From assembly GCA_965261975.1 (NCBI GenBank), contig CBDHEC010000018.1, forward strand, positions 9,142 through 73,141: a stretch of DNA of 64,000 nucleotides. The letters run 5' to 3'. Under the pieces are notes generated by a model. It had not been told where the DNA came from and searched no databases. It saw only the letters and a list, made by a program, of their open reading frames with translations. Below are positions 31,044 through 40,642 of the stretch, one piece after another. Every line of letters begins with the position of its first letter. The first letter of the stretch is position 1. Made by a program: the position numbers and the translations under genes. Origin of the DNA: Alphaproteobacteria bacterium. Lineage in GTDB: Bacteria > Pseudomonadota > Alphaproteobacteria > UBA6615.

Positions 31044-32634
31044 CTAGACGGCCGGTCCCATTCTGAAGGTCACGTCGCCGTCGGCCGCGATCTGGTCAAT
31101 GAGCGCGATTTCCCAGTCGATATACTCCTGCATCCTCGCCTCGACGTCGGTATTCCGGTCATAGGCGCGCAGGTAGACATCGATGCAGTCTTCGTCGGCG
31201 GGATAGGCCGGGTCGGCCTCGGTCGAATGACCCGACGCGACCCAGGCGTTCGTGCCGCCGGATAGAACCAGCACCTCTGCCTTTGTGAGGGCACGCGCCT
31301 CGTCGACGGCAAGCGCGGCCAGCCGCCCGTCGTCCGAGGTGAGAACCAGCGTGCCGTTATCCGACAATGCGTCAGGCAGCACCGGACCGGTCTTGGCGAT
31401 CCGGGAGCGTACGGCCCATTTCGCACCCGGGACGTGTCCCTTTCGGAACACACGACTCTCGCCCAGGTCGAGCACCATCACGTCGCCGCCGGGAAGACGC
31501 TCGGCCAGCGCGTCGGAATCGATCACCGGGACGTCCACGGAGAGAAGGTCGGTGCGGGCGCCCGTTTCGAGCTCGCCGGATAGTCCGCCATCGAGCACAT
31601 ACACGTCCGGATAGCCCATCTGCACCAGCCAGTGGGCGGTCATGGTCGCGCGCACGCCCGTGTCGTCGATCAGGACGATCCGTCCGTTCGGCACGCCGAT
31701 CTGGAAGTCGGTGGCTTGGACCAGCTGCCCACCAGGCGCGGAACGCGAACCCGGCAAATGGCCCGCGGCGAACTCATCGGGGTCACGCACGTCGAGCAGA
31801 TAAAGCGTGCGGCGGTCGGCCTCGCCCTGCCAATCGGCGAGCCGGGTCCGGTCTATCGTCTCGACGGCATGATCCGTTGCGATCCGGTCGCGCATGGCGA
31901 TCGCCGCGTCCAGTGTCTCGGGATCGCCAGAGGAAAATCGGTCGGTCCGGCCATGTTCGAGTTCAAGCCCGGCGAGATGCCAGCCCATCGTACCGTTTTC
32001 AAGCGCGACGACCTTGTTGGCGATGCCCGCGTTGATGACCGACTGGGCGCCAAGAATGCTGCGAGTGCGCCCCGCGCAATTGACCACGACAAGGGTGTCG
32101 GGAGACGGCGCCAGGTCACGCACCCGGTAGGCGAGTTCGCCGCCCGGTACGCTGACCCCCTGGGGGATATTCATGTTGTGGTACTCGGCGAAGGTACGGG
32201 AATCGAGGACCACCAGATCGTCGCCGCGATCCTGCATCGCCTTGAGCTCGGATGCGTCCACCGACGGCGTGGCGTAGTGATGCTCCACCGCCTCCCCGAA
32301 GGCCTTGCTCGGCACGTTGATGCCCGAATAGATCGTAAAGCCCGCGGCCGCCCAATCATCGGGCGTGTCGGGACAGATCACGACATCCGCATATCCGAGT
32401 GCCGCCAGCGCCGCCGCGCCGCGCGCCGCAAGGTCCGCATCACCCGCCGTGACAACGACAACTGCGGTGCTTTTTCGCGGCACAAGCCGGGGCACCTCGA
32501 ACTCCAGCCGGCTCAAGGGCGCGTTAACCCGCCCAAAAAAGGTGACAGGCGCCAAACTCGCCCTGCTCACGCAGGTCGAGCAGCGCCAGTTCGTCTCTCG
32601 CCCCAAGGGCGGTGCGTAAAGTCACTGAATTCAT
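31044..32634 (-). pseudogene. Multi-domain rhodanese/sulfurtransferase with a +1 frameshift near the 5' end (real or sequencing error)
   Basis: From ATG 32634: MNSVTLRTALGARDELALLDLREQGEFGACHLFWAG*; removing one G at 32528-32530 gives ...HLFWAVNAPLSRLE, in frame with the long ORF (NCAGRTRS, LDVRDPDEFAAGHLPG). Confidence 0.8.
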
Positions 32635-32756
32635 GACGGCCATTCTACAGTAAATACGCGTGTATTGAGATTCGATGCAGGTCCGGTGCATGATAGCGTC
32701 AAGCTAGACAAATGCGACCGGCACGACGCCGGTGATCAATAAAGGAGGACCACCAG

Positions 32757-33260
32757 ATGGCGCTCACAGTTGACCAGTTTGCCGAGGATTGCCGCCAAAT
32801 CCTTTCCAATGATTCGAGCGAAGCCGGGCTGGACCAGGTTCGCCTTGTCGTCGAAAAGTTCCTGGCCGACCAGGAGTTCATTCAAGAGCATCTCGGCCCC
32901 GACAATGATGCAAACCGGAAGGTTCTGTATGAGGACCCCGAGCTCGAATTCTGCATCTGCGCCCATGTCTTCAAGGGTTCAAACGAAGCGCCGCCACACG
33001 ATCACGGCCCCACCTGGGCGATCTACGGCCAGGCCATGGGCCAGACGGTCATGACGGAGTTCGAGAAGATCGAAGCACCCGATGGTGACGCACCCGGCAA
33101 GGTGAAGCCGACCAAGTCCTACGACCTCGACCCGGGCATGGCGGTTGCCTACCCGATCGGGCGCCTGCATTCGCCCAAGCGCGCGGGCGAGACACGACTG
33201 ATCCGCATCGAGGGCAAGGACGTCACCAAGCTGTCGCGCGATTCCTACGAGCGCGCCTAG
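32757..33260 (+). CDS. Cupin-fold protein, cysteine dioxygenase-like
   Basis: PPHDHGPTWAIYG plus a distal LHSP (3-His pattern); AAGGAGG RBS. Confidence 0.7.
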   Translation: MALTVDQFAEDCRQILSNDSSEAGLDQVRLVVEKFLADQEFIQEHLGPDNDANRKVLYEDPELEFCICAHVFKGSNEAPPHDHGPTWAIYGQAMGQTVMTEFEKIEAPDGDAPGKVKPTKSYDLDPGMAVAYPIGRLHSPKRAGETRLIRIEGKDVTKLSRDSYERA

Positions 33261-33278
33261 CGGCTCTCGGGAAACGAC

Positions 33279-34667
33279 ATGACAGCCAGCCGCACAAGCG
33301 CGGTCGCGCGCGCGGCTGAGTATTTCGATACCGGTGCGTTCGTCGCAGGACTGGCACGGCTGGTCGCACACCCGACCCAGAGCCAGCTCCCCGATGCTCA
33401 CCCGGCGTTGCGCAGCTATTTCAGCGACGTCGTTGGTCCCGAACTTGGGTCTCTCGGCTTCGAACTGGAGATTATCGAAAACCCTGAGCCTGGCGCGGGG
33501 CCGGTCCTGCTGGCCACCCGCCATGAAGGCGACGATCTGCCGTCGGTCCTGATCTACGGTCATGGCGACGTGGTCGTCGGCCAGGACGAACGCTGGCGGC
33601 CAGGCCTCACACCGTGGGCCGTCACCGTCGACGGCGACCGGCTCTATGGCCGCGGCACCGCCGACAACAAGGGCCAGCACTGGACCAATATCGGCGGCCT
33701 GCGGGCGGTGATCGAAGAGCGGGGCAACCTCGGCTTCAACTGCACCATTCTTCTGGAGAGCGACGAGGAGATGGGCTCGCGCGGCCTGCGGGAATTTTGC
33801 CGCATCCACGCGGGGCGGTTACGCGCGGATGTATTGATTGCATCCGATGGCCCGCGCCTCGATCCGGCACGCGCGACCATCGTTTTGGGCTCACGCGGGC
33901 TGGTGAATTTCGAACTCGCACTCAAACTCCGTGAGGGCGCCCATCATTCCGGAAACTGGGGCGGCCTGATCCGCGACCCGGGTGTCGTCCTGTCTCACGC
34001 CATCGCCAGCCTGACGGACGCGCGCGGCCAGATCGCCGTGCCCGAATGGCGCCCCTCTTCACTCACGCAGGAGATTCGCGATCTCCTGGCCGATGTGAAG
34101 ATATCCGGCGGCGCCGGCAGCCCCGACATCGACCCCAACTGGGGCGAGGCGGACCTGAGCCCGGAAGAACGCGTCTATGGCTGGAACAGCTTCGCGGTTC
34201 TGGCACTCGAACTGGGCAACCCGCAGCGGCCCCAGAACGCCATCGCGCCCGAAGCCCGCGCGGTATGCCAGCTCCGCTACGTGGTCGGTACCGATCCGGA
34301 CGACATCCTGCCCGCGCTCCGGCGTCATCTGGACGCCCATGGCTTCCAAGATATCAACGTGACCCCGACCCGGATGGCCGGCATGCGCGCCACGCGCTCG
34401 GACCCGAACAACGAATGGGTGCAACGCGCACTTGCATCGGTGAACGAGACCCTTGGTGATACGGGAAAGGCTGCGCTCATACCCAACATCGGTGGCGGCA
34501 TTCCCAACGACATCTTCGCGGAAGGTCTCGGCATGCCCACCGTCTGGATTCCCCACTCCTATGCGGGCTGTAACCAGCATGCGCCCAACGAGCATTTGCT
34601 CGCCCCGGTCGCCCGCGAGGGTCTGCAGGTCATGGCCGGGCTGTTCTGGGACATTGGCGCGAAATAG
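33279..34667 (+). CDS. M20 family metallopeptidase
   Basis: YGHGDVV, GRGTADNKG, DEEMGS, SDGP and QHAPNEH. Confidence 0.9.
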   Translation: MTASRTSAVARAAEYFDTGAFVAGLARLVAHPTQSQLPDAHPALRSYFSDVVGPELGSLGFELEIIENPEPGAGPVLLATRHEGDDLPSVLIYGHGDVVVGQDERWRPGLTPWAVTVDGDRLYGRGTADNKGQHWTNIGGLRAVIEERGNLGFNCTILLESDEEMGSRGLREFCRIHAGRLRADVLIASDGPRLDPARATIVLGSRGLVNFELALKLREGAHHSGNWGGLIRDPGVVLSHAIASLTDARGQIAVPEWRPSSLTQEIRDLLADVKISGGAGSPDIDPNWGEADLSPEERVYGWNSFAVLALELGNPQRPQNAIAPEARAVCQLRYVVGTDPDDILPALRRHLDAHGFQDINVTPTRMAGMRATRSDPNNEWVQRALASVNETLGDTGKAALIPNIGGGIPNDIFAEGLGMPTVWIPHSYAGCNQHAPNEHLLAPVAREGLQVMAGLFWDIGAK

Positions 34668-34674
34668 CGGCTGA

Positions 34675-36564
34675 TTATTGCGCCGCCTCGGCGGCCTCCA
34701 AGGCCTCGCTCGCCTCCAGCCATGCCGCCTCGGCCGCGTCCAGTTTCTTCTCGATCTCGCCGCGCTTCTTCATCAGGTCGGTCATCGCCTGATCCTTGTA
34801 GGGCGCCTCGGCGCTATCGGGATCGAACATGGCCCGGTCAATGGCGGAGCGCTGGTCCGTCAGCTTCGTCATTTCCGTTTCCGCCTTGCGGGCCCGGGCG
34901 CGCAGATCCTTCGTCCGCTCGCGCGCCTCGGCGGCGGCGCGGCGGGCTTCCTTCTTGTTGCCGCGTTTTTCCTTGGGCGCGTCATCGCGGGATTTCGCCT
35001 GGCCGCGCCCCAGCAGATGATCGCGATAATCGTCGAGGCTGCCGTCGAACTCCCGGGCCGTGCCCTCGTCGATCAGGATCAGTCGGTCCGCCGTCATCTC
35101 CAGCAGGTGCCGGTCATGGCTGACCACGACGACCGCGCCGTCGAAGGCATTGAGGGCCTGGACCAGCGCCTCGCGAGCATCCACGTCGAGATGGTTGGTC
35201 GGCTCATCAAGGATAAGGATATGGGGCGCGTCTCGGGTGATCAGGGCCAGCGCGAGCCGCGCCCGCTCGCCGCCCGACAACTTGCCGACCTCGAGATGCA
35301 CCTTGTCGCCGGAAAAACCGAAGCGGCCGAGCTGGCTGCGCACCAGACCGGGCTTGGCATCAGGCAGCAGGCGGGTCATGTGATCGAGGGGCGTCTCCCC
35401 GACGCGCAACTCCTCGACCTGATGCTGGGCGAAGTAGCCGACCCGCAGCTTGCTGCTGGCCGTCACATCGCCGCCCATGGGGTCGAGCTGGCCGGCCAGC
35501 AGCCGCGCCAGGGTGGTCTTGCCGTTGCCGTTGCGGCCCAAGAGCGCGATCCGGTCGTCGGGGTCGACACGCAGCCCCAGACCGGACAGCACCGGCGTGT
35601 CCGCGACATAGCCCACTGCCGCGCGGTCCAGCACCATCAGCGGCGGGCGCAGTTCCTGGGGGCTCGGGAAGTCGAACACCAATGTCGGGTCCTCGGCGGC
35701 CGCGGCCACGGGCTCCATCTTCGCCAACGCCTTCATCCGGCTCTGAGCCTGGCGGGCCGTATGGGCCTTGTAGCGCCAGCGATCCACATAGGCCTGGAGC
35801 TTCGCGCGTTTTTCTTCCTGCTTGGCGCGCATCGCCGCGACCTGGCTGAGGCGCTCGGCGCGGATCTTCTCGAAGGCGTCATAGCCGCCGGGATAGAGCG
35901 TCACCTTGCCGCCCTGCACATGCAGGATGTGGTCGACCACGTTGTTGAGCAGATCGCGCTCATGGCTCACCACGACCATCGACGCCGGATAAGTCTTGAG
36001 GAAATTCTCGAGCCAGAGCGCGGCCTCCAGATCGAGATGGTTCGACGGCTCGTCGAGCAGCAGCAGGTCGGGCCGCGAGAACAGCAGTCCCGCGAGCGCC
36101 ACGCGCATGCGCCAGCCGCCCGAGAAATCCGACAGCGGCCGGTGCTGGTCCGCTTCGTCGAAACCGAGACCGGCCAGGATGCGGGCCGCTCGCGCGGGCG
36201 CTCCATGGGCGTCGATCAGCCCGAGCCGCTCGTGAATGTTGCTGATCCGATCCGCGTCGGTCGCGGTATCGGCCTCTTCAAGCAATTCCGTGCGTTCCGT
36301 GTCGGCCGCGAGCACCATCTCGAACGGTGACGTGCTACCGCCCGGCGCCTCCTGGGCGACGTAGCCGATGCGCGTGCCGCGCGGCGTCTCGACCGATCCG
36401 TCATCGGCCTCGAGCAGCCCGGCGATAATCTTGAGCAGGGTCGACTTGCCCGCACCGTTGCGCCCGATCAGCCCGACCCGGCTGCCCGTGGGCAGCATGG
36501 CAGTGGCGCCGGCGAGAATGGTCTCGCCGCCCAGACGCGCCGTGATGTTGTTCAGGTTCAGCAT
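34675..36564 (-). CDS. ABC-F family ATP-binding protein (YheS-like)
   Basis: Two ABC domains (GRNGAGKST/FSGGWRMR/LDEPSNHLD and GRNGNGKTT/LSGGE/LDEPTNHLD); no TM segments. Confidence 0.92.
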   Translation of the reverse strand: MLNLNNITARLGGETILAGATAMLPTGSRVGLIGRNGAGKSTLLKIIAGLLEADDGSVETPRGTRIGYVAQEAPGGSTSPFEMVLAADTERTELLEEADTATDADRISNIHERLGLIDAHGAPARAARILAGLGFDEADQHRPLSDFSGGWRMRVALAGLLFSRPDLLLLDEPSNHLDLEAALWLENFLKTYPASMVVVSHERDLLNNVVDHILHVQGGKVTLYPGGYDAFEKIRAERLSQVAAMRAKQEEKRAKLQAYVDRWRYKAHTARQAQSRMKALAKMEPVAAAAEDPTLVFDFPSPQELRPPLMVLDRAAVGYVADTPVLSGLGLRVDPDDRIALLGRNGNGKTTLARLLAGQLDPMGGDVTASSKLRVGYFAQHQVEELRVGETPLDHMTRLLPDAKPGLVRSQLGRFGFSGDKVHLEVGKLSGGERARLALALITRDAPHILILDEPTNHLDVDAREALVQALNAFDGAVVVVSHDRHLLEMTADRLILIDEGTAREFDGSLDDYRDHLLGRGQAKSRDDAPKEKRGNKKEARRAAAEARERTKDLRARARKAETEMTKLTDQRSAIDRAMFDPDSAEAPYKDQAMTDLMKKRGEIEKKLDAAEAAWLEASEALEAAEAAQ

Positions 36565-36617
36565 GGAAGCGCGGGGGATAGCACAGGCCGCCGCGCTGCG
36601 GAACTGGGTGGGTTTTG

Positions 36618-37580
36618 CTACTCCGCAGCCTGCCGCAATTCGAAGCCGTCGCGGGAAAGCCCCGCCGCGGTCATCGCCTCACCAATGCGTGCGATCTCCG
36701 CGTCCGGCAATTTCACCAGCGGCGGGCGGACAACCGCCCGGTCCTGGCGGCCGAGATGGACCAGCGCCTCCTTCATGCGGTTGTGCATGTCGCCAAAGGG
36801 ATTCGCGTAGAAGGCCTCGGTCGCGTGCCACATGCGGCCCGCCACCGTACGCGCTGTCGCGAGATCATCCGACTGGACGGCGCGGAACAACGCCACCTGC
36901 ATGTCGGCGATCACCGAGCCCGCGCCGGAGAGCAGGCCGTTCGCACCCATCACGAGGGACGACATGAGCCAGGCGGAGTTCGTCGACAGGATGTTCACCG
37001 GCCGCGGCAGGTTCTGCAGCACCTGGATGTGGCGTGCATGGACCTGGGGCGGCGACCAGTCCTTGGCCGCCTTGATCGTCGGGACCTCTTCCGTCAGCGC
37101 GACCAGCGTGTCGAGGGAATAGGCGAGCTCGTCGCCATACTGGAAGACGATCAGCGGCAGGTCGGTGGCGTCCGCGATGGTCTTGAAGTGGGCCATCGCC
37201 ATCTCGGGCCGGTGTTGAATGCCGCCCATGCCCATGGAGTGCGGCGGGAAACACAGCAGCGCCGACGCGCCGCCCGCCTCGGCCATCTTCGCGATCTTCG
37301 CAGCCTCATGGCTGCCGTCCGCATAGACGCCGTTGATGAGCGGGACGTCATCGCCGATCTCGTCCATGGCCGCGTCGAGGATCGCGCGTTGCTCGTCGAA
37401 AGAGCAGGCGTGGATTTCCGACGAGTGGCCGTTCACGGTTACGGCGGAGATGCCGTCGGTCGCGGCCACGAAGGACAGGTGCCGCCGGGTCTCGGCCTCG
37501 TTGATCCCGTAATCCTCGTCGAAGGCGAGGATCGCGGCGGGAATTACGCCTGCGGGTGTGTAGTCCTTGAATTTCGTCAT
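36618..37580 (-). CDS. DapA-family class I aldolase/lyase, non-canonical
   Basis: GVIPA, NGHSSE (for GTTGE), LIVFQY, Schiff-base Lys in AAKDW and VRPPL. Confidence 0.8.
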   Translation of the reverse strand: MTKFKDYTPAGVIPAAILAFDEDYGINEAETRRHLSFVAATDGISAVTVNGHSSEIHACSFDEQRAILDAAMDEIGDDVPLINGVYADGSHEAAKIAKMAEAGGASALLCFPPHSMGMGGIQHRPEMAMAHFKTIADATDLPLIVFQYGDELAYSLDTLVALTEEVPTIKAAKDWSPPQVHARHIQVLQNLPRPVNILSTNSAWLMSSLVMGANGLLSGAGSVIADMQVALFRAVQSDDLATARTVAGRMWHATEAFYANPFGDMHNRMKEALVHLGRQDRAVVRPPLVKLPDAEIARIGEAMTAAGLSRDGFELRQAAE

Positions 37581-37595
37581 ACCGGTTCCTCCTGC

Positions 37596-38804
37596 TTAGC
37601 CGTGATCATAGTCGGCAAGCGTCGTGCCGTCTTCCACATAGACCGTGTTGTTGTAGCCGTCGGGCCGGCCGTTGGTAAGTGATTCCAGCAGCCAATCGGC
37701 GATGCCGGGGTAGATCTGATTGGCGACCTCGCCCATGGGGTGGAACACACCCTCGTAGAGCCAGAGCTCCGTCGGCCCGCCGAGCCCGGCGCGGAACGTC
37801 GCGATATCGTCGGGCGAGCAGAGCTCGTCCATATCGCCCGCCACCAGCAGGTGGGGCACCTTCAGGTCCTTCGCCACATCCGGCAGGTGCGCGAGGCGAG
37901 AGACATATTCGTCGAACTCGGCCTCGTCCGAGTAGCCGGCCATGTACATGAAGATGCGTTTGAAGTTGGGCTGGGCCTGCTCAAAGATCATGTCGAACGT
38001 ACCGACATTGGCCATCTGGCCGCACACGGCGCTGATGCGCGGGTCCGCCGCGCCGATCAGCACGCCCCAGCGCGATCCCATGGACATGCCGAAGATGCCG
38101 ATCTTGTCGGCGTCCACATCGTCGCGGGTCACGAGCCAGTCGACGACCGCCGAGGCCGCCTGCTCGTAATTGTTTTCCGTCTGCCAGGTGCCGTCGCGGT
38201 TGCACGCCCCTTGCCCGGGCCCGTCGATGGCACAGACATTCATGCCCCGGGGGATGAATTCGTTGTTGAAGGGATTGCAGACGTCTTCCTTGACCTGGTC
38301 CATGCCCGGCAGCGCGATGATCGTCGGCTTGGGGCCGTCACCCGACGCCTTGTGGAATGTCGCGTAGGCATACTGGCCGGGCGCGAACTCGATAGCCTTG
38401 GATTCCATGGCCCCGTCGGACCATTCGACGACCTTGTCATAGCAACGGTAGAGCCCTTCGAACCACTCGACTTTCTGGGCCTGGCCGTGGATCGGGATCA
38501 GATGCTGGGCGCGACCGTAGCAAATGGCGGCACGATGGTTGAGTTGGCGAGCGGTATACAGCCGTCCGCGGGCCTCGGCGTCCTTTGCCATGCCCTCCAG
38601 AACGACGGCGCGCTTGGCCCAGGCTTTCGGAAACGACCGGCGGCCGGAAACCTTGGAGTAGACCGCATTCAGGTCCTCGAACTTGGTGCCGCGCTCGAGC
38701 CGGTTGCCCATGATGCCGGGATGCAGAACATCCTCGTTGTCCGACAGCATCAGGAAATTATCGAAGATCCAGCCCTGATCGGCGCGCAGTTGTGGTTTCG
38801 CCAT
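37596..38804 (-). CDS. Alpha/beta hydrolase (2,6-dihydroxy-pseudooxynicotine hydrolase/FrsA-like)
   Basis: PGMDQVKE, IDGPGQG, nucleophile elbow GMSMG, GDMDEL and FHP triad residues. Confidence 0.8.
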   Translation of the reverse strand: MAKPQLRADQGWIFDNFLMLSDNEDVLHPGIMGNRLERGTKFEDLNAVYSKVSGRRSFPKAWAKRAVVLEGMAKDAEARGRLYTARQLNHRAAICYGRAQHLIPIHGQAQKVEWFEGLYRCYDKVVEWSDGAMESKAIEFAPGQYAYATFHKASGDGPKPTIIALPGMDQVKEDVCNPFNNEFIPRGMNVCAIDGPGQGACNRDGTWQTENNYEQAASAVVDWLVTRDDVDADKIGIFGMSMGSRWGVLIGAADPRISAVCGQMANVGTFDMIFEQAQPNFKRIFMYMAGYSDEAEFDEYVSRLAHLPDVAKDLKVPHLLVAGDMDELCSPDDIATFRAGLGGPTELWLYEGVFHPMGEVANQIYPGIADWLLESLTNGRPDGYNNTVYVEDGTTLADYDHG

Positions 38805-38846
38805 TGTCGTTATTCCCCCTTCGTTTTCCGGATTCTTACCCCGGTA

Positions 38847-40574
38847 TTACATTCCTTCATAGCCGCCATCGCGCAGGCGATCGACCAGCACGTTCACTGC
38901 GTCGGGCGGCAATCCAAGGCCGGTCAGCACGAATGCACCCATCTGAAGGCTCGATTCCGCGAGTTCGGGGATCGTCCGCGTCGCGCCGGCGGCATCGAGC
39001 TCTGCGGCATGTTCGAGATCGCGCGCACGGGCATAGATCTGCACGCCCGGCCAGCGCTTGCGGATATCGCGCACCGCGTTCTCGGCGTCCCGTTCCACGT
39101 CGAGGGTCAGAACGATTGCGCTTGCACGTTCGGCGCCAACGCTGGCCAGCACCTCGGCGCGGCGCCCATCGCCATAGAAGACCGGTTCACCGGCCGCGCG
39201 CAGCTGAGAGACCAGCCCGGAATCCATGTCCAGCGCCACATAGTCGATCCGCTCTTCGCGCAGCAGCGCGGCGATGGCCGCCCCGACTCGGCCGTAACCG
39301 GCGATGACGACATGATGGCCGAGCTCCGCAATCTCGTCGGGATCCGGCTCGAACGAGCGGGTATGGCCACGCTCCAGCCGTGTGCCTATCCGTGCGCCCG
39401 CCACGGCCAGCGCGGGCGTGACCATCATCGCCAGGCCCGCGACGATGAGGAAGAATTGCCCGTCCGCATGGGGAATCAGCCCGCCGGCCATGGCCAGCCC
39501 GACGACCAGCAGACCGAACTCTCCGGCCTGCCCGAGCAGAAGTCCCGCATGGACGGCGCTGGCCAGCGGCAGGCCGAACATCCGGCCTAGAACCGCCATG
39601 ATGGCCGCCTTCAGGACGATCAGGCCGACGACGGACAGAACGATCAGCACCGCCAGGTCGGCGAATGCCTGCAAGTCGATACTCATGCCGACCGTCAGGA
39701 AGAACAGCCCCATGAGCAAACCCTTGAAGGGCTGGATATCGACCTCGATCTGGTACCGGAACTCGGTCTCGGCGAGCAACAGCCCGGCAAGGAAGGCACC
39801 CAGCGCCAAACTTAGCCCGGCCGCCGCCGTTGCGGCCGATGCGCCAATGACGGCCAGCAGGGTAATCGCCACAAAGAACTCCGGCGCGCGTGCCGACGCG
39901 GCCAGTCGAAACAGCGGCCGCAGGACGATGCGGCCGAGGATATAGATCGCGATGGCGGCGGCGATCGCCACCCCGAAACCGACGGCAAGCGCCTCGAGGA
40001 TGCTGTCACCCGCCGCGCCGGTGAAGGCCGATACGAGAATCAGGATGGGCACGACCGACAAGTCCTGGAACAGCAGGACGGAGAAGGACGCGCGACCGAC
40101 CCGGGTCGAGAACTCCCGACGCCGGATCAATTCTTCGACGACGACGGCAGTCGACGACAGGGCGAAGCTGGCGCCGACAAGAATCGCAGCATTCAGGGAA
40201 TTGCCCCATGCGAGCGCGACCCCGCCGATCACCAGCCCCGTCACCAGCACCTGTGACGCTCCGAACCCCAGGACCAGACGGCGCATGGACCAGAGCCGCT
40301 CAATGGAAAGTTCGAGGCCAATCAGAAACAGGAGAAAGACCACGCCGAACTCGGCGAGAATCCGCACGCTTTCGACTTCCGTGAACGTGACGTAGGCGAG
40401 CCACGGCAACCGGTCGGCAAATGCGCCGAGCCCGAACGGGCCGATCAGCACACCCGCGAGCAGGAAGCCCAGCACCGGGCTGACCCGGACACGCTGGAAG
40501 GCCGGCACCAGGATCGCCGCGATCACCAGAAACAGAACGATTTCGCGCAAGAATGGTATGGCGTGATCGTGCAT
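38847..40574 (-). CDS. CPA2 family cation:proton antiporter (Kef-type K+ efflux) with RCK/TrkA-N domain
   Basis: EFGVVFLLFLIGLE, LSSTA, LLFQD, GAFLAG and AGYGRVG. Confidence 0.92.
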   Translation of the reverse strand: MHDHAIPFLREIVLFLVIAAILVPAFQRVRVSPVLGFLLAGVLIGPFGLGAFADRLPWLAYVTFTEVESVRILAEFGVVFLLFLIGLELSIERLWSMRRLVLGFGASQVLVTGLVIGGVALAWGNSLNAAILVGASFALSSTAVVVEELIRRREFSTRVGRASFSVLLFQDLSVVPILILVSAFTGAAGDSILEALAVGFGVAIAAAIAIYILGRIVLRPLFRLAASARAPEFFVAITLLAVIGASAATAAAGLSLALGAFLAGLLLAETEFRYQIEVDIQPFKGLLMGLFFLTVGMSIDLQAFADLAVLIVLSVVGLIVLKAAIMAVLGRMFGLPLASAVHAGLLLGQAGEFGLLVVGLAMAGGLIPHADGQFFLIVAGLAMMVTPALAVAGARIGTRLERGHTRSFEPDPDEIAELGHHVVIAGYGRVGAAIAALLREERIDYVALDMDSGLVSQLRAAGEPVFYGDGRRAEVLASVGAERASAIVLTLDVERDAENAVRDIRKRWPGVQIYARARDLEHAAELDAAGATRTIPELAESSLQMGAFVLTGLGLPPDAVNVLVDRLRDGGYEGM

Positions 40575-40642
40575 CGGGCGGAATTCCTTTCCGTACCCAG
40601 ACTAGGACGTTTTCACCGTCCGATCACCGTGACGAATGCGCG

